From an uncultured Desulfobacter sp. (GTDB lineage Bacteria > Desulfobacterota > Desulfobacteria > Desulfobacterales > Desulfobacteraceae), in the NCBI GenBank assembly GCA_963665095.1, contig OY762069.1, forward strand, positions 5,824,001 to 5,888,000: a stretch of 64,000 nt of DNA. Reading direction: 5' to 3'. Below the pieces are notes generated by a model, which was not told the DNA's origin, made no database searches, and worked only from the letters and a program-made list of their open reading frames with translations. This document shows, one piece after another, positions 8,801-18,076 of the stretch. The translations under genes and the position numbers were made by a program. Positions within the stretch are counted from its first letter, which is position 1. Each line of letters begins with the position of its first letter.

Positions 8801-11133
8801 CATTCATCCGGGGGGTAGCCGGTGATGCGCTCAACAGCCTGGTTCACCCACTCAAGCTTGCCCGAAAGGTCATACCAGGCCTGCCAGTCATAGGTATGTT
8901 CGGAAATGATCCGCAATTGGGACCGGGCGTTTTCGACCTGTTCAAGCAGGCTTCTACGTTCCGTTATATCAATGGCAAGCCCCACGTGCCTGACAGGCTT
9001 GCCATGATCATCCCATTCAATGGCCCGGCCTACGGAATAGATCCAGACACAGCCAGACGGCCTGGTCTGAAGACGATACTCAATGATGAACAACTGCCCT
9101 GAATCGTCCCGGTGGGTATTTATGGCGGCCTCTTCAAATACTTGCCGGTCATCGGGGTGGATAAAGGCAATAAACTGTTCATGGGAATGGGGAACTTCGC
9201 TTTCCTGATACCCGTTTCGGGTGAAAAGAACCGCAGGAAAAAAATCAAGGTAATTATTTGCGAGATCATATTCCCAGTAACTGGCATTGGCCGTTTCCAT
9301 GGAGAACCTGAAACGCTCCCGGGTTTGGCGCATCTGCTCAAGAAGTTCCTGCTGCCGGGTAATATCAATGACCAGCCCTGCGGTTTTAACCACCTGTCCC
9401 GAGTCGTCCCATTCAACAGCCTGGCTGACGGTGTGGAACCAGACCCATCCGGTATTTTTTTTATTGGGAAGCCTGTAATCAATCCTGAAAATCGGCATTT
9501 CCCCGCCAAGGTGCCGGGCAATTTCCTGTTTTACCTTAACCAGGTCTTCGGGGTGAATCATGGAAAAAAACTGTGTTTGGTTTTTGGGCACATCTGTATC
9601 TGCGTATCCGATCTGTTCAAAAAGATGGTGTGAGTTGATTGTAATTTCGTCGGCAAGCACATCAAAATGCCAGTAAAATGCACCGGCGGTTTTAAGGGAA
9701 AAGTTAAGACGCTCTTCACTTTTTTTAAGGGCATGGACTGATTCCATGCGCTGTGTGACATCCCTGCAACTGACCCGGAAGCCAAAACCGGTGCCGTCAT
9801 CCTTGAAAACAGGGTTCCAGGACACAGACAGCCAGATCCGGTCACCATGTCGGGAATAAATTCTTAACGTCACATCATTGCCCGAAGAACCGGCCATGGC
9901 CGACTGGTTGATTTCCCGGCATTTGTCACGGTCCTGGGCGGCGACCATGGGCAGCGGGAATTCCTCCATGGCAAGGCATTGTTCTTCAGTGTACCCGGTC
10001 AGGTGCCGGGCGGCCCGGTTGATCCAGCGCAGCTTTCCTGTTTCGTCATGCCAGGTCTCCATGCCGGTGGTATAATCGGCAATGATCCTGAATTTTTCCT
10101 GGGACCGGACGGCTTTTTTTTCTGCTTGTTCACGCATGGCCATCTCTTTTTTCAGGCGCCTGTTGGCGAAAAACATAAAGGCAATAATGGATAGCGCAAG
10201 CGTTGCCCAGGGCAAGGCCATCCTGAAAAATCTGCCCCAGTCAAGCTGTTTTTTGAATTCAATGGTGACCCATCTGCTGTGAATGGCGGCATGCTCCTCC
10301 GGGGTTAAAGAGTCAAGGGTTTTATTTAAAATGGATACCAGCACCGGCCAGTCTTTTCGAACGCCGATGTGCAATTGGGAATCAATGTCCTCCACCCAGC
10401 AGGCGATTTTCAATTGCTGGAACTTGCGGTGGCTGATCCAGAAGGCAGCATCGGCCGCATTGGCGAAAAAGGCGTCGGCCTGGCCCCTGGCCACACGGGT
10501 CAAGCCGTCAAGGGGGGATTCAACCCTGACGATATCCAGTTCAGGATGCAGGTCAGATAGTCGTTTTGTACTGGGATAGGGTCCCACGGATGCCACTTTT
10601 TTGCCGTAAAACTGTTTTATACTGTCAGCAGATTCTTTGGACCGTACAACCAGAACCCAGGGGAAAGTAATATATGACCGGGTAAAATTTAAAAACTTTT
10701 CCCGGCTCCGGGTTTTGATTAAACCGGGAAGGAGATCGATTTTTTTTTCAGCGGCAAGCGTTAAAATCTGTTTCCATGAATAAAAGCCGCCGTCCTCTTT
10801 TTCAGTCTGTTTAAAATCAACATGAAGGCGTTTGGCAAGCAGTTCAAAATAGTCCGGGACAATCCCGTGGGGGCCTTTGGCGTCAATAAATTCAAAGGGC
10901 GGCCGTTCAGGGGAAAACCCCACCCGGATTACAGGATGGGATTTAAGCCAGAGGCGTTCCTCTTTGGTGAGTATTTTATGGAACAATGAATGGTCCGGGC
11001 CCTGTGCTTCCCGGTCATCATGAATTACGGCGTGATCTGTGGACTTCCCATTGTCGTTGCCATAACACACCCCCGGGCCATAGTATAAGAAAGATATGCC
11101 CAGAATAATCAGACACCCCTTAAAGATACGCAT
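5872..11133 (-). CDS. Hybrid sensor histidine kinase (periplasmic binding domain, multiple PAS/PAC, HisKA, HATPase, 2 REC, Hpt)
   Basis: [37 protein letters not shown], two LMD-x-MP receivers, AHTIKGVAGN Hpt. Confidence 0.95.
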   Translation of the reverse strand: MRIFKGCLIILGISFLYYGPGVCYGNDNGKSTDHAVIHDDREAQGPDHSLFHKILTKEERLWLKSHPVIRVGFSPERPPFEFIDAKGPHGIVPDYFELLAKRLHVDFKQTEKEDGGFYSWKQILTLAAEKKIDLLPGLIKTRSREKFLNFTRSYITFPWVLVVRSKESADSIKQFYGKKVASVGPYPSTKRLSDLHPELDIVRVESPLDGLTRVARGQADAFFANAADAAFWISHRKFQQLKIACWVEDIDSQLHIGVRKDWPVLVSILNKTLDSLTPEEHAAIHSRWVTIEFKKQLDWGRFFRMALPWATLALSIIAFMFFANRRLKKEMAMREQAEKKAVRSQEKFRIIADYTTGMETWHDETGKLRWINRAARHLTGYTEEQCLAMEEFPLPMVAAQDRDKCREINQSAMAGSSGNDVTLRIYSRHGDRIWLSVSWNPVFKDDGTGFGFRVSCRDVTQRMESVHALKKSEERLNFSLKTAGAFYWHFDVLADEITINSHHLFEQIGYADTDVPKNQTQFFSMIHPEDLVKVKQEIARHLGGEMPIFRIDYRLPNKKNTGWVWFHTVSQAVEWDDSGQVVKTAGLVIDITRQQELLEQMRQTRERFRFSMETANASYWEYDLANNYLDFFPAVLFTRNGYQESEVPHSHEQFIAFIHPDDRQVFEEAAINTHRDDSGQLFIIEYRLQTRPSGCVWIYSVGRAIEWDDHGKPVRHVGLAIDITERRSLLEQVENARSQLRIISEHTYDWQAWYDLSGKLEWVNQAVERITGYPPDECMEMADYPRPLIDSRDLDLYDRHNDLARHGAGRQEFGVRIRKKDDTRAWVYMSLEPVLDEDNQVSGIASISKDITSQKKAEREFNLMAKIFENTKDPIQVLDLSHRIIEVNDATVRDYGYSRQELLGESISMIVPKEIYEQGSRLFKRCLDGEIVRDVEWRRKKKDGTIVSVLLTFALLHNDDGKPIGVAAITKDITKLKQAEQELNDYKDHLEALVVERTADLARATQIAQEATRAKSEFLANMSHEIRTPLNAVIGFAYLALQTPLDDLQSDYIKKIQNSSKALLGVINDILDFSKIEAGKLSMETIEFSLDEVLDNVTTLVGVKAQQKGLEVVFNIGPALPWLFLGDPLRLGQILINLTNNAVKFTENGEIVLGCSLIRESKDDVELKFFVQDTGIGMTDEQQAKLFRAFSQADTSTTREYGGTGLGLVISKSLVEMMNGRIWVESESGRGTTFFFTVCLEKAGKTPACSLEPDSELYQSKVLVVDDNYISRTVLSTMLESMSFRVTQADGAMAGLAELEAVEKDDPFKLVLMDWQMPGMDGLHASRKIRETMKMNVPRVIMVSAYAREELMQNTAAMGLDGYLVKPVSPSLLFNTIMAALGVKADFRVGMHQKDSALQGMQAVRGTRLLVAEDNEVNQQVAKGILENSGFIVDIAGNGRLAVEAVQKKAYDAVLMDIHMPEMDGYAASRAIRENDAFKDLPIIAATANAMAGDREKALAAGMNDHVAKPINVRELLNVLHKWVKKTPKGLSTEQERTADRENMPENKAYDQFKDLEGIDARQGLERLAGDAGLYRALLKKFAVNQAQTDIKLEQALGENDLETARRLAHTIKGVAGNISAQPLFETASDLDAALKSADIQTAKSILPVFSGHLQQVIQAVSQLEKNKDPETGSRDNPADTQSIQPLLHELAALLNEDDTAASDLVRQLTNSVGEGREMLDQMSRQISGYEFDQAKQTLEELCRTLKIDLGGV

Positions 11134-11963
11134 TATAGCTCCCCTTTGAAAATATCCGGATATTTTTTAATATAATGTTTGTCCATGCAGTCGGGACAGA
11201 CACTGTGGCTGACATCTGCCTGGGAGTATTTGCCCAGGTAAACATCAACACGCTCCCAATATCCCTTATCATTTCGGATTTTTTTACAAAATGAACATAA
11301 GGGCAGAATGCCTCTTAATACTTTTAATTCGGACAATGCGCGTTCAAACAACACGTTTTGATCTTCCTGTGCCTTACGCATCTCAAGTATCCGGTGGGCA
11401 TTGGTCAGATAGGCTGTAAGCTGTTTAATATCATTGACGTCATATGGGGCATTTTTATTAGCCACACACCCTAATAAAACGATTTTGCCCTGGTTTGAAA
11501 AAACAGGAACCGACAAAAGCCCGGTTATTTTCACATGTCCGTCAGGCACCCCCCTTTTGTTCTCAAGATCCTGGTTATAGTCATTATAAATGACAGGTTT
11601 TCTATGCCTGACTGCGTTTCCCCAGATTCCGGATTTTTCAATGGAAAAGCTGATGGGTTTGGTGTGAATGGTGCAATCATGAAAAACAGCTTCGGACCAG
11701 GAAAAAATCTGCATACGTGTTTCATCATCATTGATAAATCCAAAAAAGCCGTACTGGCTTTCCGACATGAGAACAATTTCTTCCAAAAGTGTATCGCACA
11801 CTGTTTTAAACGCACTGTTCGTCATGCTTGCAAGCTTCCAGAGGGATTTAAGGCGTTTCTGGTTGAGCCTCAATGTTGCTTGATCCGCCTCTTTTTTTGC
11901 CAGTTCCTCCTGAAGCAGGGTTATCTTTTTTTTAAGTTCCCGGTATGTGGGATGTTTTGCCAT
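11133..11963 (-). CDS. GAF domain protein with C-terminal Cys-rich domain
   Basis: GAF (SQYGFFGF...GVPDGHV...LLSVPV...VANK); tail LPLCSFCKKIR...SHSVCPDC. Confidence 0.85.
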   Translation of the reverse strand: MAKHPTYRELKKKITLLQEELAKKEADQATLRLNQKRLKSLWKLASMTNSAFKTVCDTLLEEIVLMSESQYGFFGFINDDETRMQIFSWSEAVFHDCTIHTKPISFSIEKSGIWGNAVRHRKPVIYNDYNQDLENKRGVPDGHVKITGLLSVPVFSNQGKIVLLGCVANKNAPYDVNDIKQLTAYLTNAHRILEMRKAQEDQNVLFERALSELKVLRGILPLCSFCKKIRNDKGYWERVDVYLGKYSQADVSHSVCPDCMDKHYIKKYPDIFKGEL

Positions 11964-12252
11964 AAATATCCTTATTTAATGTGACATGGTCCGGGACATT
12001 GCCCGATGCTGCGCACCAGCAGTAAATTTATGGAAACAACACAAGGTCAGCTATATTCGAGGAAATTATTATAAATTCAACAATCCGATGTTAACATATT
12101 CATATGAAAGGGCTCAATGGCTTATTGAACTCTTTCATACAACGGCCATGGGCCATGCTGGTCAAATACAGACCGTCTTGTATGGTAGAACTGAAGACCA
12201 TGATAGCTCAGACTTTTTGCCTGTTAAAAAACGTTGACTAAATCACAGGTTG

Positions 12253-12276
12253 AGTGTATTACTAAATTAGTACACT
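12253..12276. promoter_or_regulatory. YtrA-like operator
   Basis: AGTGTA-N12-TACACT overlapping a TTGACT promoter upstream of the GntR gene. Confidence 0.7.
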
Positions 12277-12303
12277 ACAACGCAGCAGAAAAAGAGGAGG
12301 CCC

Positions 12304-12666
12304 ATGCGGCCGGCACTGAACCAAAGCAAATTTCTTGATATTGCCGAAGCACTTATGGAACAGATCATTGCAGGGAAGCTGTCCACCGGGGATAAAATTC
12401 CCTCTGTCAGGGAAACCGCAATGAAAATGGGGGTCACGCCAAATACGGCAGCTAATGCACATGCCAGGCTGCGGGATCTTGGGATCATAGAACCGGTGCA
12501 CGGCACAGGCAGTATCATTCAGCCGGCTGCCCGGGAAATGTGCCGGTCTTTTATTTACAAGAAATTTATTGACCAGGAACTTCCTGTGGTACAGCGCAGG
12601 ATGAGTCTGCTTGGATTGTCTGAAAAACAGGTCATGACATTGTTAAAAAAAAAAGGAGATAAATAA
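12304..12666 (+). CDS. GntR family regulator, YtrA subfamily
   Basis: 120 aa; GDKIPSVRETAMKMGVTPNT...GTGS; short C-terminus. Confidence 0.9.
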   Translation: MRPALNQSKFLDIAEALMEQIIAGKLSTGDKIPSVRETAMKMGVTPNTAANAHARLRDLGIIEPVHGTGSIIQPAAREMCRSFIYKKFIDQELPVVQRRMSLLGLSEKQVMTLLKKKGDK

Positions 12667-13085
12667 TGAGAGCAGCATATTACTGCGGACTGGGTTTAAT
12701 CATATTTTTGGCGGCAGGGGCAGTCTGGCTTTCCGGCAATTCCACATACTATCTTAATCTGCCAAGCTTTTTGATGGTAACCGGAACCTGCATTGGCGCC
12801 CTGATCTGCAACTTTGGCCTGCGGGGAAGCCTGAGTGCAATCATGGCCATGCTTTATCCGGACAATGCTGCAGCCACAGGATTTCGTAAATCTGCTGCCA
12901 AGACCGTTATGCTTTCCGCCGTATTTGCTGGCCTGTTCTACATGATCATGGGGATTATCGCAGCCCTGGCCAATGTACAGGATCTGTCAAAATTAGGCCC
13001 CTGTCTTGCCACAGGTTTTATCAGCCTATTATATGGGTGTTTTCTGGCGCTTCTGGCAGTTCCGAATTATGTTTCTGAAGAATAA
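12666..13085 (+). CDS. Small MotA/TolQ-like membrane protein
   Basis: Four hydrophobic segments; YLNLPSFLMV and GIIAALANVQDLSKLGPCLATGFISLLYG resemble MotA TM motifs. Confidence 0.6.
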   Translation: MRAAYYCGLGLIIFLAAGAVWLSGNSTYYLNLPSFLMVTGTCIGALICNFGLRGSLSAIMAMLYPDNAAATGFRKSAAKTVMLSAVFAGLFYMIMGIIAALANVQDLSKLGPCLATGFISLLYGCFLALLAVPNYVSEE

Positions 13086-13092
13086 CCCCCCA

Positions 13093-13151
13093 GAAGAGAA
13101 AACCATTATCACACAAATTGATGATAGCTTTGATTTCCTTGGCTTCAATCT
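13093..13151 (+). pseudogene. Group II intron reverse transcriptase fragment (domain 7)
   Basis: EEKTIITQIDDSFDFLGFN. Confidence 0.65.
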
Positions 13152-13693
13152 AACGCCCCGTCTTTTATTATTGAATGCAGGGGGATGAACGTGGTGCCTA
13201 ACAAGAGCAAAAGAGATGAAATAAGAACAACAGGTCTGAAATATTTATCTTGAACCCATAAGCCTGCCTTTTCCCCCATATTTTTATTCCCTGATTTGCT
13301 TTTCAGCCCTGCTTTCTAAAAGACGGGTTTTTGCCAGTTTTTCAAGTTTTTTCCGGATAAAATCATTATATGAAAAAGGAGGCTGGTCAAAGATTTGATT
13401 ATACTGGTCCAGGTACTTTCTGGCATGGGCAGTTTTTTTTGAAAAAACAGTATATGCGTAGATCGGCTTTTCCGGAAGGGGGAGAATCTTGACCTGATCC
13501 AGAACCCCCATTTTGCATGCTTTATATTTCAGTCTTACATCGTTGAGATCATAAGCGGCGACCAGTCTGTTGAGAAGCACTCTTTTGATGTTCTGTGCCA
13601 CCTAGTCCGGCCTTCTTATATAGTCCATTTTAAAGCTATTGATGTTTTCTTTTATGAATTTTGACAGATTTGCGTCCCTGAGAAATCCAACCC
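13152..13693. repeat. 542-bp diverged direct duplicate of 22259-22800
   Basis: Colinear with scattered substitutions; copies the 3' half of the periplasmic-binding gene and 5' end of the kinase gene; TGG>TAG stop in this copy. Confidence 0.95.
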
Positions 13694-13699
13694 GAAACC

Positions 13700-13940
13700 C
13701 GATATCCCAAAGCCCAAGATGACGCAATATTTTCTCGATGATGTCAAGTTCTTCGATGAAACTGATGATATGCATCTGGCCCCAGCATTTTGGACAGATC
13801 AGCGGGTCCACTTCATAAATTTTCTGAATCAGCCTGGCCCAGTTTTGCCGGGATTCTTTGGATGACATCTCATTTGGAATAACAGCAAGAATGTCATCAT
13901 CCACCTCCGCCTTTTTCCTCATACCCCGTGATTTATTCAA
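13700..13940 (-). pseudogene. IS91 family transposase C-terminal fragment
   Basis: SRQNWARLIQKIYEVDPLICPKCWGQMHIISFIEELDIIEKILRHLGLWD. Confidence 0.85.
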
Positions 13941-13944
13941 ATAT

Positions 13945-14226
13945 GATCAGAAAATTGACACCAGCACTGCTACTGGAAAAGCATTCTTGCAAATGCTTGG
14001 TGTTTTTGCTGAGTTTGAAACAAACCTGCGTAAAGAGCGGCAAATGGCTGGCATCAACGCTGCCAAAGAGCGGGGAGAGCATTTGGACAGGAAGCCTTCA
14101 CTGACACTTACCCAGAAGACCGAAATAAGGACAAAAACTAAAAACGGCATGAGCCCCAGCCAGTTGAGCAAGGAATATGGCGTCAGCCGAGGCACGATAT
14201 ACAATATCCTGAAAGAGGTTGCTTAA
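13945..14226 (+). pseudogene. Serine recombinase (resolvase) C-terminal half
   Basis: IDTSTATGKAFLQMLGVFAEFETNLRKERQMAGI...GVSRGTIY; catalytic N-terminus absent. Confidence 0.85.
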
Positions 14227-14634
14227 ATCCACATACGGAGGCTGAGAATGTTTATCGAAGTACCCGGCCTTACCTGACTAGCCTATTCGCAAAAAGAATT
14301 TTACAGGACGACAGGCACAATTAAAATTGATTCTTGGCTTTTAAGGACAGGCACAATATACGGTGGCCGGATAATTTCCTGAAAAGCATAAATACCATTT
14401 GTGGCGTTTCGATTTACTTGTAATTACTATCACTAAAATCAGAACTACTATCGTATGACGATGAGACTTCTTGACTGCGTGAGCGTTTATTTGTATTAGA
14501 TAATTTTGTGATTGCCAATCTTTTAAATGCAATTTTAAATTGTCATTTCATTTTCTGAAAATCTTGATATATAATTGGAAACCACATGTTCAAAGCCGTA
14601 ATTCTAAATCGTCGTATATGGTAAGGAAAAATAA

Positions 14635-15798
14635 ATGTTTTACGCAATTTCAGCTCATAGTGAAGAGGTTGACACTGATCTGGCGGTTGAAGAGATCATG
14701 GATCAATGCAACAAAAAATTGGAAGGGCGCATCCCGAAAGCCGGACTGCTTTTTGCCAGCATTGATATGGAACATGAAGAGTTGGTTGGTGCTATCAATA
14801 AAGCATGGCCCGGTATTCAACTCATCGGCTGTTCGACAGATGGCGAATTATCATCTGATTATGGTTTTTGTGAAGACTCGGTGGCATTGATGTTGTTTTC
14901 GTCAGAACACATTGATATGACAGCGGGGGTAGGGCTGAATATGAGCAAAAATATTCTGCAGGCATGTGAAAATGCAAGAGACATTGCGCTGTCAAGAACA
15001 GGGCAGAAGCCGGCCTTTTGTATCATAACCCCTGATAGTTTAACTGCGAGTGGGCATGAAATAGTAAAGAGTTTAAAACTCTCCTTAGGTGATGAGATTT
15101 CTTTTTTTGGTGGTACAGCCGGTGATCAGTGGCGATTCAAAGGAACGTATCAATATTTTTGTGATGAAGTTTTAACGGATTCATTGCCTTTACTTTTATT
15201 CTCAGGAGATCTGCTTTTTTCGGCTGGTGTATCAAGCGGCTGGCGCCCGGTAGGCTCCCCTGGAGTAATAACCCGTAGCCAAGGGCCGATCGTTCATGAA
15301 ATTGACAATATTCCAGCGATAGAATTCTATCGGCGCTATTTAGGAGAGGACGCAACACCTGGCGGTGAGTTTCCGTTGGCAATTTTAAACGACAAGGATG
15401 AAATGCTGTACCTTCGAGCCACAGGCGGTTTTGTGGATGAGGACTCAGGTGCAATCACATATTTTGCTGACATGCCAAACGATACGAAGGTGCAAATAAC
15501 AGTGGCCGACCGGGACGGTATAATTGAAGGGTGCCAAAATTCTATTGAGATGGCCCTGAAAAATTATCCAGAGGGTAAAACACCAGATGTGGGAATTATT
15601 TTTAGTTGTTCCGCCCGAAAGCTTTTGTTGGGTACCCGTACAAAAGACGAACACAGCCTACTGGTGGAGAAACTTGGCGGTGACACGGAACTGATCGGTT
15701 TTTACGGGTATGGTGAAATCGGCCCATCATTGTCTGACAAAGATAAAACAGAATTTCATAACGAAACTTTTATTTCACTTTTAATCGGTACAAAATAG
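14635..15798 (+). CDS. FIST signal-transduction protein (FIST_N + FIST_C)
   Basis: LIGCSTDGE, FFGGTAGD, FSCSAR, GFYGYGEI, FHNET. Confidence 0.9.
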   Translation: MFYAISAHSEEVDTDLAVEEIMDQCNKKLEGRIPKAGLLFASIDMEHEELVGAINKAWPGIQLIGCSTDGELSSDYGFCEDSVALMLFSSEHIDMTAGVGLNMSKNILQACENARDIALSRTGQKPAFCIITPDSLTASGHEIVKSLKLSLGDEISFFGGTAGDQWRFKGTYQYFCDEVLTDSLPLLLFSGDLLFSAGVSSGWRPVGSPGVITRSQGPIVHEIDNIPAIEFYRRYLGEDATPGGEFPLAILNDKDEMLYLRATGGFVDEDSGAITYFADMPNDTKVQITVADRDGIIEGCQNSIEMALKNYPEGKTPDVGIIFSCSARKLLLGTRTKDEHSLLVEKLGGDTELIGFYGYGEIGPSLSDKDKTEFHNETFISLLIGTK

Positions 15799-15836
15799 CA
15801 GCCAACGTTTCAAATACACTTTAGAGAAATTTTATT

Positions 15837-17972
15837 TTGATAGAAGACCTTGAAAAGAAAATTGCAAAATTAGAACGGGAGAATCGTATTCTCAAAAAAA
15901 AACTGGAACGGTCTGAGAACAACCAGGTGAATCTTGAGGATGCAAAAGATCGTTTTGATAAAATTTATCGATCTGTCATAAAAGAGTTGGACGGTCAAAA
16001 AAAATTTTTGCAGGATATTTTTGATTTTTTACCTGATTCTACAATGGTTATCGACGAAGACGGTCAAGTTATCGCTTGGAATAAGGCAATGGAACAGCTT
16101 ACAGGTGTGGCCGCCGATGATATGCTTGGTAAAAAAAACAATGCTTATTCCATACCATTTTATGGTGAACCGCGTCCAATTCTAATAGATCTCGCTAGAA
16201 AATGGGATGACTCCGCAAAAGATCAGTATATCACCTTATCTAAGAAAGCTGACGGAACCTTAATATCCGAGTCCTTTTATCCAAAACTGAAGGACGGAAC
16301 ATATATTTCAGCCAGTGCAAGGCAGCTGTTTGACACCTCTGGAAACCCCAAAGGAGCGATTGAGTCTCTCCGTGATGTGACTGAAAAGCGGCTGATCGAA
16401 CAGGAAAACCTGGCAAGTCAGCGCAAAATGCAAGCCATGAGTCGAGCGGTGGATGATGCACTGATTATGATAAACAGCAAGGGCGAAATACTATTTTGGA
16501 ATCCATCCGCTGAAAAAATGTTTGGCTATTCTGAAAAAGAAGCCTTGGGGCAGGATATCCATGGCCTTATTGCAGCGTCTCAAACAAAACAGATTGTCCA
16601 TGATGGGATGAAACAGTTTGGGCAAACCGGCGAGGGTAAAGTAATAAATGCTGTACGCCAAACCGAAGCTGTAAATCGGGAAGGAGAAATCTTCCCTGTA
16701 GAAGTCACAACCGCAGCATTTCAAATCGATGACGAATGGTTTGCCGTTGGTACTGTTCGGGACATCACTGCAAGAGTTCGGGCTGAAAGAAGGTTGCGTT
16801 TTACGCAATATGCCATGGATCATGCCTTTCACTCGGTCTTTTGGGTCGATCCGTCAACGGGTAAATTCATATACGTCAATGAGGCAGCCTGTAAGAGCCT
16901 TGGCTACACCAGAGAGGAATTGTTGGGTATGGTTGTTCCCCAGATCGACGTGGATTTCCCGGCAGACAAATTGGGGCAGTTTATTCAGGCACTTCGTGAC
17001 CATGATTTCATCCCAACACAGGGCCGGCACCTTACAAAGTCAGGAAAGTTTCTCGACGTGGAGCTGACCTGTTACCTGAGCGATTATATAGAAAGTGAGG
17101 TTATCGTCGTTTTTGCACTGGACATCACTGAACGGTTAAAGGCCCAGCTGGAAAGGGATGAGGCATTCCAGGTCATCAGTTCGTCAATAGAATACGCCAG
17201 TCGGATTCAACGCTCCGTTCTGCCCCCGGTAGAATTACTGGATAAAATGGTCAAAGACTATTTCGTATTATGGGAACCCAGGGACGTGGTCGGAGGAGAT
17301 ATTTACTGGTGTTTGGAATGGGGCCAGGGCGTATTGGTTATACTGGCAGACTGTACGGGACACGGTGTGCCTGGGGCATTTATGACCCTAATTTCATCGG
17401 GAGCTCTGGAAAGAGGCATACTGGATGTGCCTGTGGGGGATCCAGCAGCCCTTATTCAGAGAATGCATCAATTGATACAAATTGTCTTGGGTCAGGATTC
17501 AAACGCCGGTCAATCAGATGATGGCCTTGAAATGGGGATGTGTTATATTCATCCCGACAAAAATCGGATAACTTTTGCAGGGGCAGGATTTCCTCTATTC
17601 AAGTTGAATGGAAAAAATGTAGAAATAATCAAAGGGAAGAAAATCGGTATCGCCTATAGACATATTGATTTCGATTCGACCTGGATTAATCAGGAAATTG
17701 AAGTGTCAGACGGAGATCTATTTTACATGTCATCGGATGGCATCTTCGATCAAATTGGTGGAGACAAACGAATGGGTTTCGGAAAGAAGCGCTTTAAAAA
17801 CCTTCTGGCCTCTATCCAGGATGTTCCCATGACCCAGCAGGGAAAAAAGATCTATGAAGAGCTGGAAAAATATCAGGGCAGTGAAAAAAGGCGCGACGAT
17901 GTGTCCGCCATCGGCTTTACAATACGATCTAAAAAAATCCCTGATCAAAGTCTGTTTCTAAAAGAATCTTAA
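15837..17972 (+). CDS. Multi-PAS SpoIIE/PP2C-type phosphatase
   Basis: N-terminal coiled coil, three PAS domains, PRDVVGGDIYW, ADCTGHGVPGAFM, SDGIFDQ, RRDDVS. Confidence 0.9.
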   Translation: MIEDLEKKIAKLERENRILKKKLERSENNQVNLEDAKDRFDKIYRSVIKELDGQKKFLQDIFDFLPDSTMVIDEDGQVIAWNKAMEQLTGVAADDMLGKKNNAYSIPFYGEPRPILIDLARKWDDSAKDQYITLSKKADGTLISESFYPKLKDGTYISASARQLFDTSGNPKGAIESLRDVTEKRLIEQENLASQRKMQAMSRAVDDALIMINSKGEILFWNPSAEKMFGYSEKEALGQDIHGLIAASQTKQIVHDGMKQFGQTGEGKVINAVRQTEAVNREGEIFPVEVTTAAFQIDDEWFAVGTVRDITARVRAERRLRFTQYAMDHAFHSVFWVDPSTGKFIYVNEAACKSLGYTREELLGMVVPQIDVDFPADKLGQFIQALRDHDFIPTQGRHLTKSGKFLDVELTCYLSDYIESEVIVVFALDITERLKAQLERDEAFQVISSSIEYASRIQRSVLPPVELLDKMVKDYFVLWEPRDVVGGDIYWCLEWGQGVLVILADCTGHGVPGAFMTLISSGALERGILDVPVGDPAALIQRMHQLIQIVLGQDSNAGQSDDGLEMGMCYIHPDKNRITFAGAGFPLFKLNGKNVEIIKGKKIGIAYRHIDFDSTWINQEIEVSDGDLFYMSSDGIFDQIGGDKRMGFGKKRFKNLLASIQDVPMTQQGKKIYEELEKYQGSEKRRDDVSAIGFTIRSKKIPDQSLFLKES

Positions 17973-18014
17973 TGAAACAAGCGTAGAATAAGGGGTTTTA
18001 GGCATTCCGCACTG

Positions 18015-18035
18015 CGAGTCCCTGCGTCGGTACCA
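18015..18035 (+). other. tRNA 3'-end-like fragment (possible att site)
   Basis: CGAGTCCCTGCGTCGGTACCA resembles T-loop end, acceptor strand and CCA; no 5' tRNA half present. Confidence 0.45.
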
Positions 18036-18047
18036 GAATCTACAATG

Positions 18048-18070
18048 CCCCCTGTCTTCAGGGGGTTTTT
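18048..18070 (+). terminator. Intrinsic terminator
   Basis: CCCCCTG-tctt-CAGGGGG followed by TTTTT. Confidence 0.7.
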
Positions 18071-18076
18071 CGTTAC

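Noticed and set aside
6035..10579. Long plus-strand ORFs opposite the large kinase, and similar ORFs opposite the GRE, ALDH and other genes
   Set aside because: Antisense shadow frames of well-supported genes, with no motifs of their own
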